DNA of 64,000 nt from assembly GCA_963734545.1 (NCBI GenBank), contig CAVTHO010000008.1, forward strand, positions 576,001-640,000. Reading direction: 5' to 3'. The first letter of the stretch is position 1. Each line of letters opens with the position of its first letter. This DNA comes from an uncultured Spirochaetota bacterium (GTDB lineage Bacteria; Spirochaetota; Spirochaetia; SZUA-6; Fen-1364). This document shows, piece by piece, positions 44,776 to 55,724 of the stretch. Both the position numbers and the translations under genes were made by a program. The notes below the pieces were generated by a model. The model had not been told where the DNA came from and made no database searches. It was given only the letters and a program-made list of their open reading frames with translations.

Positions 44776-47700
44776 CTAGTCGCCGGAGACGGCCTTCAAC
44801 GCCTTCCGCGCCTGGCGCTTCTGAGGCTTCTCCACCTCCAGCTGCATGGTCTGCGGAGCTTCCAGTGTCTTCTGCTCCTCCAGCTTTGCCGCGCGTCTGC
44901 GCTCGAACAGGTAGAACGCGCAGGGCACCACGAAGAAGGTCAGTATGGCGGAGAACAGGATCCCGCCCAGCATGACGATGCCCATGCGCTGACCGTACTC
45001 GGATCCCTGGCCGCGGCCGAGCATCAACGGGAAGCTGATCACGAGCACGGTGAGAGTGGTCATGACGATCGGCCGGAAGCGAAGGTGCGCCGCCTCGATG
45101 CAGGGCATCCACGAACGGCATCTTGCCGATCCTCTCCACGACGAAGTCCAGGTACAGGATGGCGTTCTTTGCGGAGAGCCCGATCAGCATCAGCATGCCC
45201 ATGAGACCGAAGATGTCCAGCCCGCCGCCGATGAGGTAGACCAGCCACAGCGGCGCCGACGAGCGCCAGAGGCACCGGCAGGAGCAGGTAGACGGGGTAG
45301 CGCCACGAGTTGAACTGTGCCGCCATGACGAGGTAGGCAAGAAACAGCGCGAGCAGGAAGATCACGGGACCCGTGGCCGCAAGGGAGCTGGCGAGGGCGG
45401 CCTGCGAGAACCTGCTGCCCGCCGTCAGGTTCACGTCGCCGCCAATCGAGCCCGGCTTTCGTCAGCTCCGCGGTGATCATCGTCTGCATGGTGAGAGCGG
45501 TGGGTGCATTGGGCTTGAGATTGACGGTGAGCTGCCCGGTGTACTGACGGTTGTCGCGGCTGAGGCTCAACGGCGCCTGATTCAGCACGAAATTTCCCAG
45601 CTGTCCGATCCGGAGGTGGTCTGGAGCGCCGGGGAATAGATGGGAAGGTTGAGAAGCGACTGCCCGCCCGAGATCGTGGTCGGATCGGCCTGCACCTGGA
45701 TGGGGTAGCTGATGCCGCCCGTGATCACATTCGATGCCTGCGTGCCCGTCGTGTAGGTCTGCAGAGCCTGCGCGACCTGGTTGGGAGTGATTCCCGTCCC
45801 TTTCATGCGGGAAGGGTCGGGAATGAAGTCGTTTTCCAGTGTCACGAGGGAGAGGCTCGACGTGACATCCGTGACGTAGGGATTGGCCTGCAGCTCCTGG
45901 ATGATCGCGTTGTTCCGCGCGTTGAGCGTGTTGAAGTCAGCGGAAACCACATTGAGCTGGAGGGAGGGCCCGAACCCGCCTCCGAATCCGCTGCCCGCGC
46001 TCACGGAAATCGTTGTCGAAGGCTGGTCGCGGAAGAGCCGCAGGAGCTCCTGTCGATAGAGTGCGGTCAGGGCGGGGACTCCGGGCCTCTTGCCCATCGG
46101 CACGAGCTGGACGACCACTTCTGCCCGCCGCCTCCCACGACGGATCTGGATGGTCACGACCTCGGGTCTCTGCATCAGGTAGGTCTCGACTCTCTGGGTG
46201 CCCTGGTTCACGACCAGGGGCGGAGTTCCGCGGGGGAACCGGACATTCACCTGCATGACACCGGAGTCGGTCGTGGGCACGAAATTGAAGGGCAGGCGCG
46301 GCACGACCACGACGGCGGAAACGACGAGGAACGCGACGGCGCCGCTGAGGACCCATACGCTGCCCTTCAGGAGCGTGCCGAGGGACGGCCGTGTACCTGT
46401 CCCGTACCCATTCCAGCCCTGCCTCGGTCCAGCCGTGTAGAGTGGTGGTCAGGGCCTGCAGGAGCGAGAGGACGATTCGGCCGACGTAATAGACGATTCC
46501 CAGCGCGAGCGGATAGGCGACGATTGCGGACACGTAGATCCACTTGCCGCTCACGACCCGGATCACGATCGCAACGCCGATGCCGAGAATGATTCCGAAA
46601 CCCTTCCGCCAGGTCTTCAAACCCCATCGAATCGCATCAGGGAGTTGAATCCAGCTCCTGAGAAAATCCTCGTAGGTGAGCGTATGGGACTCCGGAGTGT
46701 AGGCAAGCCGCACCGTGAGAAAGAGGACCGCCTCCAGAAGGGAGAAGGCGACCGCGGCGGCAAGGCCGAGGGAGAACTGCTGCAGGTAGCGGCCGATGAA
46801 TCCCCCGATGAAGCTCACGGGGAGCAGCACGGAGAGCAGCGAGAGGGAGGCCGCGACGACGGCGCTGAAGACCTCGCTTGCGCCCTTGAGCACGGACTCC
46901 TTGAGGCTGAATCCCATGGCGCGGTACCGCTCCACGTTCTCCGAGACGACGATCGAGTCGTCCACCACGATTCCGATGGCGATGATCAGTGCCAGCAGGG
47001 ACACGAGATTGAAGGAGAACCCGGCGAGCCTGTACAGGATGGGCGCGGCGGACAGGGCGATGGGAATTGCCGCGAATGACGGAAATGGCCGTGTTCAGCT
47101 TGCCGAGGAACAGCAGGACGATCAGTGCCACGACGAGGGCGGTGATGAAAAGCTCGTGGTAGGTCGCCTCTATGGATGCCTTGATCGGGCCGGTCGTGTC
47201 ATTGCTGTAGGTGAGCGAGTAGCCTTTCGGCAGCAGCGTGCTTGTTCATCAGGTCCCGCACGCCCTGGACAACGGCGACCGAGTTGGAATCCGTGGTCCT
47301 CTGGACGGATACGAGCACCACGGGTTTCCCGTTCACCCGTGCATAATTCGTGTCCACCGGGACGTCACGGACGGTGCCAAGGTCGTCCACCGCGATGCCG
47401 CGCGCAGGGTCCACCAGGGTGTGCGCGATCTGGAGCAGGTTGACCGGCACGTTCTGCGTGGTGAAGGTCAGCGAGCTGTTCTGGCTGATGATGGTGCCGA
47501 TGGGCGTGTTGACCGCGGAATTGATGATGGCGGACGACGACCTGCTGGGGCACGAGGTTGAAGTACTGCAGCTTGTTCGGATCCAGGTAGAACGACAAAC
47601 TGGCGCGCAGGGGCGCCGTCGACGCCGACATTCGCCACTCCCGGGACGAGCTGGAGCGCCGGGGTCAGGGTGTTCTGCACATAGTCGCTCACTTCCGACG

Positions 47701-48193
47701 GGCTCGCCGCGCCACCCGAGATGCCGAACTGGACGATGGGCTGCGAGTTGGGATCGAAAGTGCGGATGGTCGGCGGGTTGACCCCCGACGGAAGGCTGCG
47801 GATGGCCGCCGCCACGAGCGTGGATACCTGGTTCGCATCCGCGGTCTTGTCGGTGCTCGCGTCGAAGCTGATGGCGACCCGGCTGATGCCGATGGAGCTG
47901 TTGGAGCTGATGTCCGTGATGCCGCTCAGGGAGGAGACCACGTTCTCTATGACCTGCGTGATCTGCTGGTCGACCACGCCCGGGGTGGCGCCGGGGAACG
48001 ACGTGACAACCAGGACAACCGGGATGTTCACGGCGGGCAGGAGGTCGACGCCGAGACTGAACGTCGAGATAATGCCGAATACAACGACCGCGACGAAGAT
48101 GCCGATGGCAAGCACGTAGCGCGTGATCGAGAAGTTGACCGCGGGGTTGATCTTGTTGAAGATCGTCGCTTCGAAGTCGCGGAGGCTCTTCAT
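44776..48193 (-). CDS. RND efflux transporter permease (frameshifted)
   Basis: [50 protein letters not shown] spread across several frames. Confidence 0.88.
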
Positions 48194-49638
48194 TGCCTGC
48201 CTCCCTGGGCGGGCTGGCCCGGCTGGCCTCCGCCAGGAGCGGCTCCCGGACGCTGGCCGGCACCGCGTTTCTTCTGGTCCGTACCCTGCGCGCCGGTTCC
48301 CTGCGGACCCGCGGCTGCAGCCGTGCCCTGACCTTGCGCCGACGGCAGGGCGACCGCCTGAACCGAGGATCCCGCGAGCAGGCCGGGAGGCGGATTCAGG
48401 ATGACCTGCATGCCGGCGTCGACCCCTTTTACAACGGCGGAGGTGCCCCCTTCGGCAAGGATCGTGATGGGCTGCTCGACTGCCTTGCCGTTGACGATCG
48501 AGTAGACGAAGTTCAGATCCGCCCTGGTTTGCAGGGCGGCAATGGGTATCTGCGGACCCGTGGCCAGAGTGAGCCGGTAGGTGATCGTGCCCACCGCTCC
48601 GTACGACGCCGGCACAGAGGACGGCAGCGCCGCGACCATGGGCACCACGCCGTTGATCGGGGCGGAGGGCGCCTGGATGATCTTCACCGGGTAGCCCTTC
48701 CCGCCGAGAGTAAACGTCACCGCGTCTCCTGCCTTGAAATTGGGCGCGTCTGCCGGGGGCTCGCTGAAGTTGATCTGCTTTTCCCCGCTCACGAGCGTGA
48801 ACACCGAGGTGTTCAGGCTGACGTAGCTTCCCGGTGTCACGTTGATTGCGGCGATCTGTCCGGCAAAGGGGGCCGTGATCCGTGCGTTGCGCAGGTTGAG
48901 CTGCGCCATCTCGAGCTGGGTGGACGCCTGGTCCACTGCGAGCTGCAGCTGGGCGGTGGATTGCGTGTCGGACTGCTGATTCTGGTCGAGGGCGAGCTGC
49001 GCCGCCTGCACGTTTGCCTGCGCCTGCTGGAGCTGGCTCTTTGCGTTGTCGAGCTGCGAGGAGGAGATGCCGCCCAGGTCGAAGAGCTTCTGCTGCGAAT
49101 CGTAGTTCTTCTGCGCCGCGGCGAACGCGGTCTTGGCGGAATCGAGCTGGCTGGAAAGCTTCGGATTGGACTCTGTGACGGTCTGCTGACCCGTCGCGAG
49201 GTTGATCTTCGCGTTCGCGAGCGCGGACTGCGCGTTCCTGACCGCCAGCTTCAGCGCCGAGTCGTCGAGCTGGACGACGAGCGCACCCTGCTTCACCCAG
49301 TCGCCCGCCTTGCGCGACACGGCGGACACGACCCCCGCCACCTGGGCGGCAACCTGGCTCTGCGTGACCGGCACCACCGTCCCCGCAGTGTCGTTGTCCG
49401 TGACCAGCGGGCCGACCTGCACCGTGACGGCCTGGACCGGGATGGTGGCGAATCTGCGGCCGCCCCCCTGGCCCGGTCCCCCGTTCCGCGCTCCCGCCCC
49501 TGCCTGCGCAGCCGCCGGCAGGTTCCCGCCGCCCGCCGCTCCCGGCCGGTCCGGCGGATCCGCCGCCTTTGCGGCGCAGCCGGTCAATACGAGGAGACCC
49601 GCCAAACCGAGCGCTGTCATCAAGGTCCTTGCTTTCAT
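48190..49638 (-). CDS. RND periplasmic adaptor (membrane fusion lipoprotein)
   Basis: Lipobox LTG-C; VAAQVAGVV...GDWVKQG lipoyl half-motif, long helical hairpin, ITAPFAG. Confidence 0.88.
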   Translation of the reverse strand: MKARTLMTALGLAGLLVLTGCAAKAADPPDRPGAAGGGNLPAAAQAGAGARNGGPGQGGGRRFATIPVQAVTVQVGPLVTDNDTAGTVVPVTQSQVAAQVAGVVSAVSRKAGDWVKQGALVVQLDDSALKLAVRNAQSALANAKINLATGQQTVTESNPKLSSQLDSAKTAFAAAQKNYDSQQKLFDLGGISSSQLDNAKSQLQQAQANVQAAQLALDQNQQSDTQSTAQLQLAVDQASTQLEMAQLNLRNARITAPFAGQIAAINVTPGSYVSLNTSVFTLVSGEKQINFSEPPADAPNFKAGDAVTFTLGGKGYPVKIIQAPSAPINGVVPMVAALPSSVPASYGAVGTITYRLTLATGPQIPIAALQTRADLNFVYSIVNGKAVEQPITILAEGGTSAVVKGVDAGMQVILNPPPGLLAGSSVQAVALPSAQGQGTAAAAGPQGTGAQGTDQKKRGAGQRPGAAPGGGQPGQPAQGGRQ

Positions 49639-51045
49639 CTAGTACCCCATCACGTTCTGAAGCTGAAGCACCGCGAGCTCGGCCGAGCTCTGGGCGGTCG
49701 CAAGCGCGTTTTCGGCATTCGCCAGGTTCACCGCGGCGGTCAACAGGTCCTGGTTGGACGCCGTGCCTGCGTCGCGCTGGGCGCTGACGAGCTGGTATTG
49801 AAGCTCGGTCGCATCCACGCTGAGCTTTGCAACCTCGAGCTTTTCACCTGCGAGCTGCACCCCCTGCCAGGCGCTCTGGATCGCGGTCGCGATGTTCTTC
49901 TGCAGCTGAGACTCCTGCAGGGCGTAGACATCGTTCTGCCGGAGAATCGAGTCCGCCTGGTTCTTCGCCGCGCCCGCGTCCAGGATGGGCATGGCAAGCT
50001 TCACCGCCGCGCCCACCACCCCCGCGGATGTCGAGTCCGTCCAGTTGTACAGCCAGTTCACGCCGCCGCTCACGCTCACCGTGGGTGTCGACTGGCCCCG
50101 GGCCACGGCTAGATCGACATTCGAGGACTTGATGTTCAGCTCGACCTGCTTGATTTCCACGCGCCGGGCCAGTCCTTCCGCAACGGCCTGTTCCTGCGTG
50201 CTGACCGGGACCGATGCCTGCGGCGCGTCCGCCACCGTGAAATCCTTGTCCGCGGGCAACCCCATGAAAGCGGCCAGCCCCAGCCGCGCGATGCGCAGGT
50301 CGTTGACCGCGCTGTCGACGTCCACCTGCGCGCTGCGCGCATTGAGCTGCGCCGTTTTGAGGTCCGCCGTGCTTGCGAGCTTCAGATCATAGATGGCGGT
50401 AATCTGCTTCAGGACGGAGTTCTGCTTTTCGAATATCTGCTTCTTCAAGGCGAGACTTCGCTGGGCGGCCAGCATGAGATAGTAGGCCTGTTTCACACTG
50501 TAGATGACGGTCAGCGTTCCGGACTCCGTGGCCAGCTCCCTGCCCTTCAGGGTCAGCAGGCTCTTGTCCACCGTGGCCTGGGACGGTCCGCCGGGGTACC
50601 CGTTCCACAGGGTCTGGGTCACGGTTGCTCCGACGACACTCGTCGTGGGCCCCCCGGAAGCAGGAGGCACGTAGGGGACGGAGCTCACGCTGACATTCGT
50701 GAGCGGCCCTGAAATGGCAATCCCTGCCGCGGGACCCGGCGCGGTGGACAAGGGGCTGCCCACGGCCTTGGCGTTGATCAGCGCCTTGTTGCCGAAGTCC
50801 GAGGTGGCCCCGTATCCCGCCGAGGCGGCAAGCGATAAGGAGTTTCGAGAAACGTTCAGGGCGTGCTGCGCCCTGCTGACGTCGAGGCTCCTCTGGAGAA
50901 TCCTGACGTCGTCCCCGTTGGCAAGTGCCGCGTCGATGCTCTGCTGCAGAGTGACCACGGGTACGGATTCCTGGGCGGCCGCGGAGAGCAGCGGACAAAG
51001 CGCCGTCAGGAGGACAATTGCGATGCGTTTTCCTGCACGTTTCAT
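49639..51045 (-). CDS. TolC family outer-membrane efflux protein
   Basis: Signal peptide, VTLQQSIDAALAN, VKQAYY, AGTASNQDLL, LQNVMGY. Confidence 0.85.
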   Translation of the reverse strand: MKRAGKRIAIVLLTALCPLLSAAAQESVPVVTLQQSIDAALANGDDVRILQRSLDVSRAQHALNVSRNSLSLAASAGYGATSDFGNKALINAKAVGSPLSTAPGPAAGIAISGPLTNVSVSSVPYVPPASGGPTTSVVGATVTQTLWNGYPGGPSQATVDKSLLTLKGRELATESGTLTVIYSVKQAYYLMLAAQRSLALKKQIFEKQNSVLKQITAIYDLKLASTADLKTAQLNARSAQVDVDSAVNDLRIARLGLAAFMGLPADKDFTVADAPQASVPVSTQEQAVAEGLARRVEIKQVELNIKSSNVDLAVARGQSTPTVSVSGGVNWLYNWTDSTSAGVVGAAVKLAMPILDAGAAKNQADSILRQNDVYALQESQLQKNIATAIQSAWQGVQLAGEKLEVAKLSVDATELQYQLVSAQRDAGTASNQDLLTAAVNLANAENALATAQSSAELAVLQLQNVMGY

Positions 51046-51193
51046 TAGGAAAAATAGTAAGCTTTTCCGAAAGTGCAGTGCAATAGATTGGCCATGAACG
51101 CGGGATAAAATTCTGTTATGGTCGGCGCCCACGGAGCCAGCGGACGCTTGACGGACTCTTTTCAACAACCTACCTTTGAAGCGGAGGTGGGTC

Positions 51194-51415
51194 ATGCCGG
51201 AAAAGACGCACCACGCGGAAGAAGCCAGTCCCGGGCTGAGAGAAGCGCGCGCCCATGTGAAGGCGGCGCACCAGTCCTTTCGTTTGAGTCTTCAAGACTG
51301 GATTCCGAAGGGTTTCATCGAGCACCGCAGGGCGGCCCGAAAGGAGATGCTTCTCGCCATGAGAAGCCTTCTGGACGCTGCCATCGAGCGCACCGAGAAA
51401 AAGTCCTCCGAGTAG
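51194..51415 (+). CDS. Small helical hypothetical protein
   Basis: GGAGG RBS; 73 aa; FIEHRRAARKEMLLAMRSLLDAAIER. Confidence 0.65.
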   Translation: MPEKTHHAEEASPGLREARAHVKAAHQSFRLSLQDWIPKGFIEHRRAARKEMLLAMRSLLDAAIERTEKKSSE

Positions 51416-51468
51416 CCCGGCCGCTCCCTGTCGCTGCCGGCGACAGGAGCCACCCTGGCACACGCAGC

Positions 51469-53112
51469 TCATTTCCCGAAAAGGATCCAGGTCAGGAGAA
51501 CCAGCTCCGCTGCCCCGAGTCCCACCGCATACGCGACATGTCCCCCCAGAAACAGTTCGGTGCACGCCAGCAGGCCGGCCGCGAATATGACGGACCCGGC
51601 GAGCTTGCGCACGCCGTGCTCCAGTCTCGTCACGTGCTGCTTCAGGTCCGGCACGCGCACCTCCATCCTCCCCTGCTCCATGCGGGTGGCCAGGTCGTCC
51701 ACCTTCCGGGGGAGCCCGAGGAGGAGTCGGGCCATGGCGGTGAGCTCTTTCATGACGAGCCTCGCGCCCGTCTGCCCGTCCTTTTCCATCAGCTTCTGCA
51801 CGTACGGCGCCATGCCCTTCCATACGCTGAAGTCCGGGTACAGCCCTGTCGCCATACCGGAGAGGATGCTCACGCACCGGCCCAGGAGGATGAGATTTTC
51901 CGGCACCTGGAACGGCATCTGGTAGAGCAGATCACCGAACTCGTCGACGAATATCCGCAGCTCCTCGTTGCTCATGCGCATCATTTCCCGCGTCGACTTG
52001 CCCCAGAGCGTGTCGAATGCCTTCTTGCACGCGCGCTCCAGCAGGTCCAGGTCGGCTCCCGGCAGGAGGACCTGCAGGGACTGAAATGCGTGCACGAGCC
52101 GCCCGGCGTCCCTCGTGCCCACGGCGAGCAGCGCTTCGCGCAGGCCGCTGAATGATTCCGCGGAGAGCGTGCCTGTCATGCCGAAATCGACGAACACGAG
52201 CTTCCAGCCGCGTCGAGCGGTGGGAAGGACGAAGAGATTCCCCGGGTGCGGGTCAGCGTGGAAGAAACCGTCCTCGAACACCTGCTTGAGGTAGACGTCG
52301 AGGAGCTTGTCGGCAACCTCCGCCCTGCTGATGCCGGCGGCCTCGATCGCCGCGTAGTCGGTGATCTTGATCGCGCCGACATCCTGCAGGGTGAGGACGC
52401 GCCGCGTCGTGTGGCTCCAGACCACGGAGGGCACCACCACGTCCGGGTGCTCCCTGAAGTTCTGGGCGAATCTCTCCGCGTTCTTTCCCTCGTGCAGGTA
52501 GTCGATCTCCTCGTAGAGGGAGCGGCTGAACTCTTCTATTAAAGCCGTGACGTTCACGCGCCGGCGAATCGACTTGAAGTGCTGCAGCCAGCGACCGACA
52601 GCGCGTATGGCGGCCAGGTCCGCCTCGACAATCTCCTGGATGTGCGGCCGCTGGACCTTCACCACCACCGGGAAAGAAGGAGTGGTTCCCGGCACGTCAC
52701 CGGCCAGACGCGCCTTGTGCACCTGGCCGATGGAAGCGGAGGCAGCGGGCACCGGCTCGAAGTCCAGGAACTTGTGCGCGAGAGGCACGCCGAACTCCGC
52801 TTCGACCACCTCGCGGATGGCCTCGAAGCTCTCCGCGCTCACCTCGTCCTGCAGTCCCGCCAGCTCCGACGTGATTTCTCTCGGCAGCACGTCCAGACGG
52901 GAAGAGAGAAACTGGCCGACCTTGATGAGCACGCCCCCCATGCGGAGCGCAAGCGTGCGGAACTCCGCGGCGATCCGCTGCATGCGCGCGGAGCGGGTCC
53001 GACGCGCGAGCCGGCCCAATCCGAGCTTCGGCAGGACGAGCTCCCACCACAGCTCCCGCCGCATGGCGGCCGCGAAGAAGCGCATGGTACGTCGATAGCG
53101 GGACCCGCGCAT
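51469..53112 (-). CDS. ABC1/UbiB atypical protein kinase family
   Basis: IKVGQFLSSR, ASASIGQVHKA, VVKVQRP, FHADPHPGN, VDFGM; C-terminal TM hairpin. Confidence 0.9.
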   Translation of the reverse strand: MRGSRYRRTMRFFAAAMRRELWWELVLPKLGLGRLARRTRSARMQRIAAEFRTLALRMGGVLIKVGQFLSSRLDVLPREITSELAGLQDEVSAESFEAIREVVEAEFGVPLAHKFLDFEPVPAASASIGQVHKARLAGDVPGTTPSFPVVVKVQRPHIQEIVEADLAAIRAVGRWLQHFKSIRRRVNVTALIEEFSRSLYEEIDYLHEGKNAERFAQNFREHPDVVVPSVVWSHTTRRVLTLQDVGAIKITDYAAIEAAGISRAEVADKLLDVYLKQVFEDGFFHADPHPGNLFVLPTARRGWKLVFVDFGMTGTLSAESFSGLREALLAVGTRDAGRLVHAFQSLQVLLPGADLDLLERACKKAFDTLWGKSTREMMRMSNEELRIFVDEFGDLLYQMPFQVPENLILLGRCVSILSGMATGLYPDFSVWKGMAPYVQKLMEKDGQTGARLVMKELTAMARLLLGLPRKVDDLATRMEQGRMEVRVPDLKQHVTRLEHGVRKLAGSVIFAAGLLACTELFLGGHVAYAVGLGAAELVLLTWILFGK

Positions 53113-53216
53113 GAGTCATACTATAGCCGGGAGTTCGCGCCGTGGCGAGCGCCCGGCAAAGGCTCCGGTCTTGACGCTTTCACGATCACGCCGCCAGAAT
53201 GGGAGAGAGGTGATTC

Positions 53217-54005
53217 ATGGCCAGCAAGAGCCCGACTGCACCGGCGCGCGTCCCTCTGGTCAGCGCCGCGGTGCGTGTCCTCTCGGTTCTCGAGCACCTT
53301 TCGCACCGGCGCTCTCTGGGCCTGGAGGAGATATCCCGGGAGATGCGCCTCGCCAAGCCGACGGTCTATCGATTCCTCCTCACCCTCCAGGAGCTCGGCT
53401 ACGTCCGCCGCTGCGAGACGGATCGTTGGGCCATAACCCTGCGGCTCTTCAACGTCGGCTCCCGCGCGCTCGACCACCTCGACCTGTATTCTGCGGGACG
53501 ACCGGTGGCGGAAGAGCTGGCCGAGGAGCTCGGAGAGACGGTGCACATGGGCGTGATGGAGGGTGACTCCGCCGTCTACGTGCTCAAGATCGAGTCGCGC
53601 TACACCATCCGCATGTTCTCCCGGGTGGGGCGCCGGATCCCTCTCTATTGCTCCGCCCTGGGCAAGGCGCTCCTTGCGTATTCCACTCCGAAGGAGCGCA
53701 ACGCGGCTCTTGCGGGAGTGCGATTCGTCGCGTTCACCAGCAAGACAATCCGCTCACGCGCCGAGCTGGATGCCGCGCTGAAGCGCATCCGCCGGCAGGG
53801 GTTTGCCCGCGACGACGAGGAGCACGAGGAAGGGGTCAGGTGCATCGGGGCGCCCATCCTCGATCATACCGGCGCCGTCGTCGCGGCCCTTTCCGCCGCC
53901 TGGCCGGATTTCCGCTACCGGCGGGACGAAGAGGCGGAGAAGACGGCAAAAGTGGTCGCCGCCGCCGGTCGCATTTCCTCGATCCTCGGCTGGGATCCCT
54001 CCTGA
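53217..54005 (+). CDS. IclR family regulator (KdgR-like)
   Basis: HTH LAKPTVYRFLLTLQELGYV, GRRIPLYCSALGKALLA, DDEEHEEGVRCIGAP; precedes the kdu locus. Confidence 0.9.
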   Translation: MASKSPTAPARVPLVSAAVRVLSVLEHLSHRRSLGLEEISREMRLAKPTVYRFLLTLQELGYVRRCETDRWAITLRLFNVGSRALDHLDLYSAGRPVAEELAEELGETVHMGVMEGDSAVYVLKIESRYTIRMFSRVGRRIPLYCSALGKALLAYSTPKERNAALAGVRFVAFTSKTIRSRAELDAALKRIRRQGFARDDEEHEEGVRCIGAPILDHTGAVVAALSAAWPDFRYRRDEEAEKTAKVVAAAGRISSILGWDPS

Positions 54006-54020
54006 ACGGGGCGGCATGGA

Positions 54021-54074
54021 AATGGACCGACGTTCCAAAAAAAGATTGCGGTCCTTTTGAAAGTGTAGTATAGT
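54021..54074 (+). promoter_or_regulatory. Putative IclR operator plus sigma70 promoter of the TRAP/kdu operon
   Basis: Near-palindrome TGGACCG-A-CGTTCCA (54023-54037), then TTGCGG-17 nt-TATAGT. Confidence 0.5.
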
Positions 54075-54113
54075 CCGAAGATCCAGAATCCCAAAAAACG
54101 GAGGAGGTACAGC

Positions 54114-55109
54114 ATGAATATGAAGCGTCTCGTCTTCCTGGCGGTCGTCCTCATGGCCGCCGTCGCATTCTCCGGGGGTCTCTCTGCCGCGGACGCCCAG
54201 ATCGTCCTCAAGCTCTCCGAGATCCACCCGCAGGGTTATCCCACGGAGCTCGCCGATGAGGAGTTTGCCCGGCTCGTGAACGTCTACACGAACGGCCAGA
54301 TCAAGATCGATGTCTTCCCCGGCGGGCAGATCTCCGGGGACGAGAAGGTCGTCATCGAGCAGGTGAAGATCGGCGCCATCCCCATTGCACGGGTCAGCTC
54401 CGGAGCGCTCGGGTCCTTCAACGCCCAGCTCAACGTCTTCGCCCTGCCCTTCCTCTTCGATTCGAAGGACCACATGTGGGCATTCCTGAACAGCCCGGCG
54501 GGCCAGAAGATGCTTGCGGACCTCGCCCCCTCCGGATTCATCGGCCTCTGCTGGTATGACGGCGGCGCGCGCTCTTTCTACGCCAACTACCCGATCAGCA
54601 GGATCGAAGACCTCCGGAACAAGAAGTACCGGGTCATGTCCAACCCCCTGCTCGTGAAAATGGTGGAAGCCATGGGAGCCAGCGCGGTCCCGATGGCAGC
54701 GGGTCAGGTCTTCAGCGCCATCCAGACCGGCGTCATTGACGGGGCGGAGAACAACGCGCCCTCGCTCATTTCCTTCAATCACTACCAGGTGGCGAAGTAC
54801 TACATGCTGGACGAGCACCTCCGCCTGCCGGAAGTCCTCTTCATGAGCAAGATGGTGTGGGACAGGCTGAGCAAGGATCACCAGGCCGCCCTGCGGAAGG
54901 CCGCCGCGGAGACCGTCACGTACCAGCGCACCAAGTGGGACGCCTACGAGGTCGAGGCGCTCAACAAGATTATCGCCGAAGGCGAGATCGTCGTCCCGAT
55001 CAAGGACCTCTCCCCCTTCAAGAACGCGGTGAAAGGGCTGGTTGCCGCGGAGTCGCCGAAGTACGCGGAAACTCTCAAGGCAATCGACGCGGCCAGACCG
55101 AAGAAATAG
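54114..55109 (+). CDS. dctP: TRAP transporter substrate-binding protein
   Basis: Signal peptide, LPFLF, YDGGARSFY, KYRVM, QTGVIDGAENN. Confidence 0.92.
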   Translation: MNMKRLVFLAVVLMAAVAFSGGLSAADAQIVLKLSEIHPQGYPTELADEEFARLVNVYTNGQIKIDVFPGGQISGDEKVVIEQVKIGAIPIARVSSGALGSFNAQLNVFALPFLFDSKDHMWAFLNSPAGQKMLADLAPSGFIGLCWYDGGARSFYANYPISRIEDLRNKKYRVMSNPLLVKMVEAMGASAVPMAAGQVFSAIQTGVIDGAENNAPSLISFNHYQVAKYYMLDEHLRLPEVLFMSKMVWDRLSKDHQAALRKAAAETVTYQRTKWDAYEVEALNKIIAEGEIVVPIKDLSPFKNAVKGLVAAESPKYAETLKAIDAARPKK

Positions 55110-55128
55110 GCTCTCGGAATCGGAAAAT

Positions 55129-55156
55129 GAGCGGGGCCTCTTCGGAGGCCCCGCTC
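55129..55156 (+). terminator. Stable intra-operonic hairpin after dctP
   Basis: Perfect gagcggggcctc-ttcg-gaggccccgctc, with only a short T tail. Confidence 0.65.
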
Positions 55157-55205
55157 TTCGCAGGGGCCCGCCCCGCACTCACCCCTTCGGTAGAGGAGAA
55201 TCCCC

Positions 55206-55724
55206 ATGCCTGACAAGAAAGGCGTGACAAGGTTTTTCTTGACGATCGACAAGATCATGGAAGGTTTCTGCATCGCGCTCCTCGTCTCCATGATCCTGAT
55301 CGTCTTCGTCGCGGTCATCACGCGCAAGGTGTTCGGCTTCGTCTTCGCATGGTCCGAGGAGATCACCCTCCTCTGCCTCACGTGGTTCACCTTCATGGGC
55401 ATTGCCATCGGGTTCCGCGAGCGGCTCCATCTCGGCATGGATCTGCTCACGAAGATGCCGGCGGGGGTCATCCGGGTGCTCGATCGCATCGTGGACGCGG
55501 TCACCTTCCTCTTCGGTCTGTACCTTGTCATCTATGGCTGGGGCTTCACCATGATGATGCGGGGCTCCATCCTCGCCGCCACGCAGCTTCCCAACCTGAT
55601 CCAGTACATCGTCATGCCGATCACCGGTGTGTTCACCTGCGTCTATTCGGCGCTCCAGTTCCTGGGCCACGACTTGCGCCGCTACAATGTCATCGAAGAG
55701 GAGATCAAGCTCGATGCCAAGTAA
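55206..55724 (+). CDS. dctQ: TRAP small permease
   Basis: 4 TM helices, WSEEIT, HLGMD. Confidence 0.9.
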   Translation: MPDKKGVTRFFLTIDKIMEGFCIALLVSMILIVFVAVITRKVFGFVFAWSEEITLLCLTWFTFMGIAIGFRERLHLGMDLLTKMPAGVIRVLDRIVDAVTFLFGLYLVIYGWGFTMMMRGSILAATQLPNLIQYIVMPITGVFTCVYSALQFLGHDLRRYNVIEEEIKLDAK

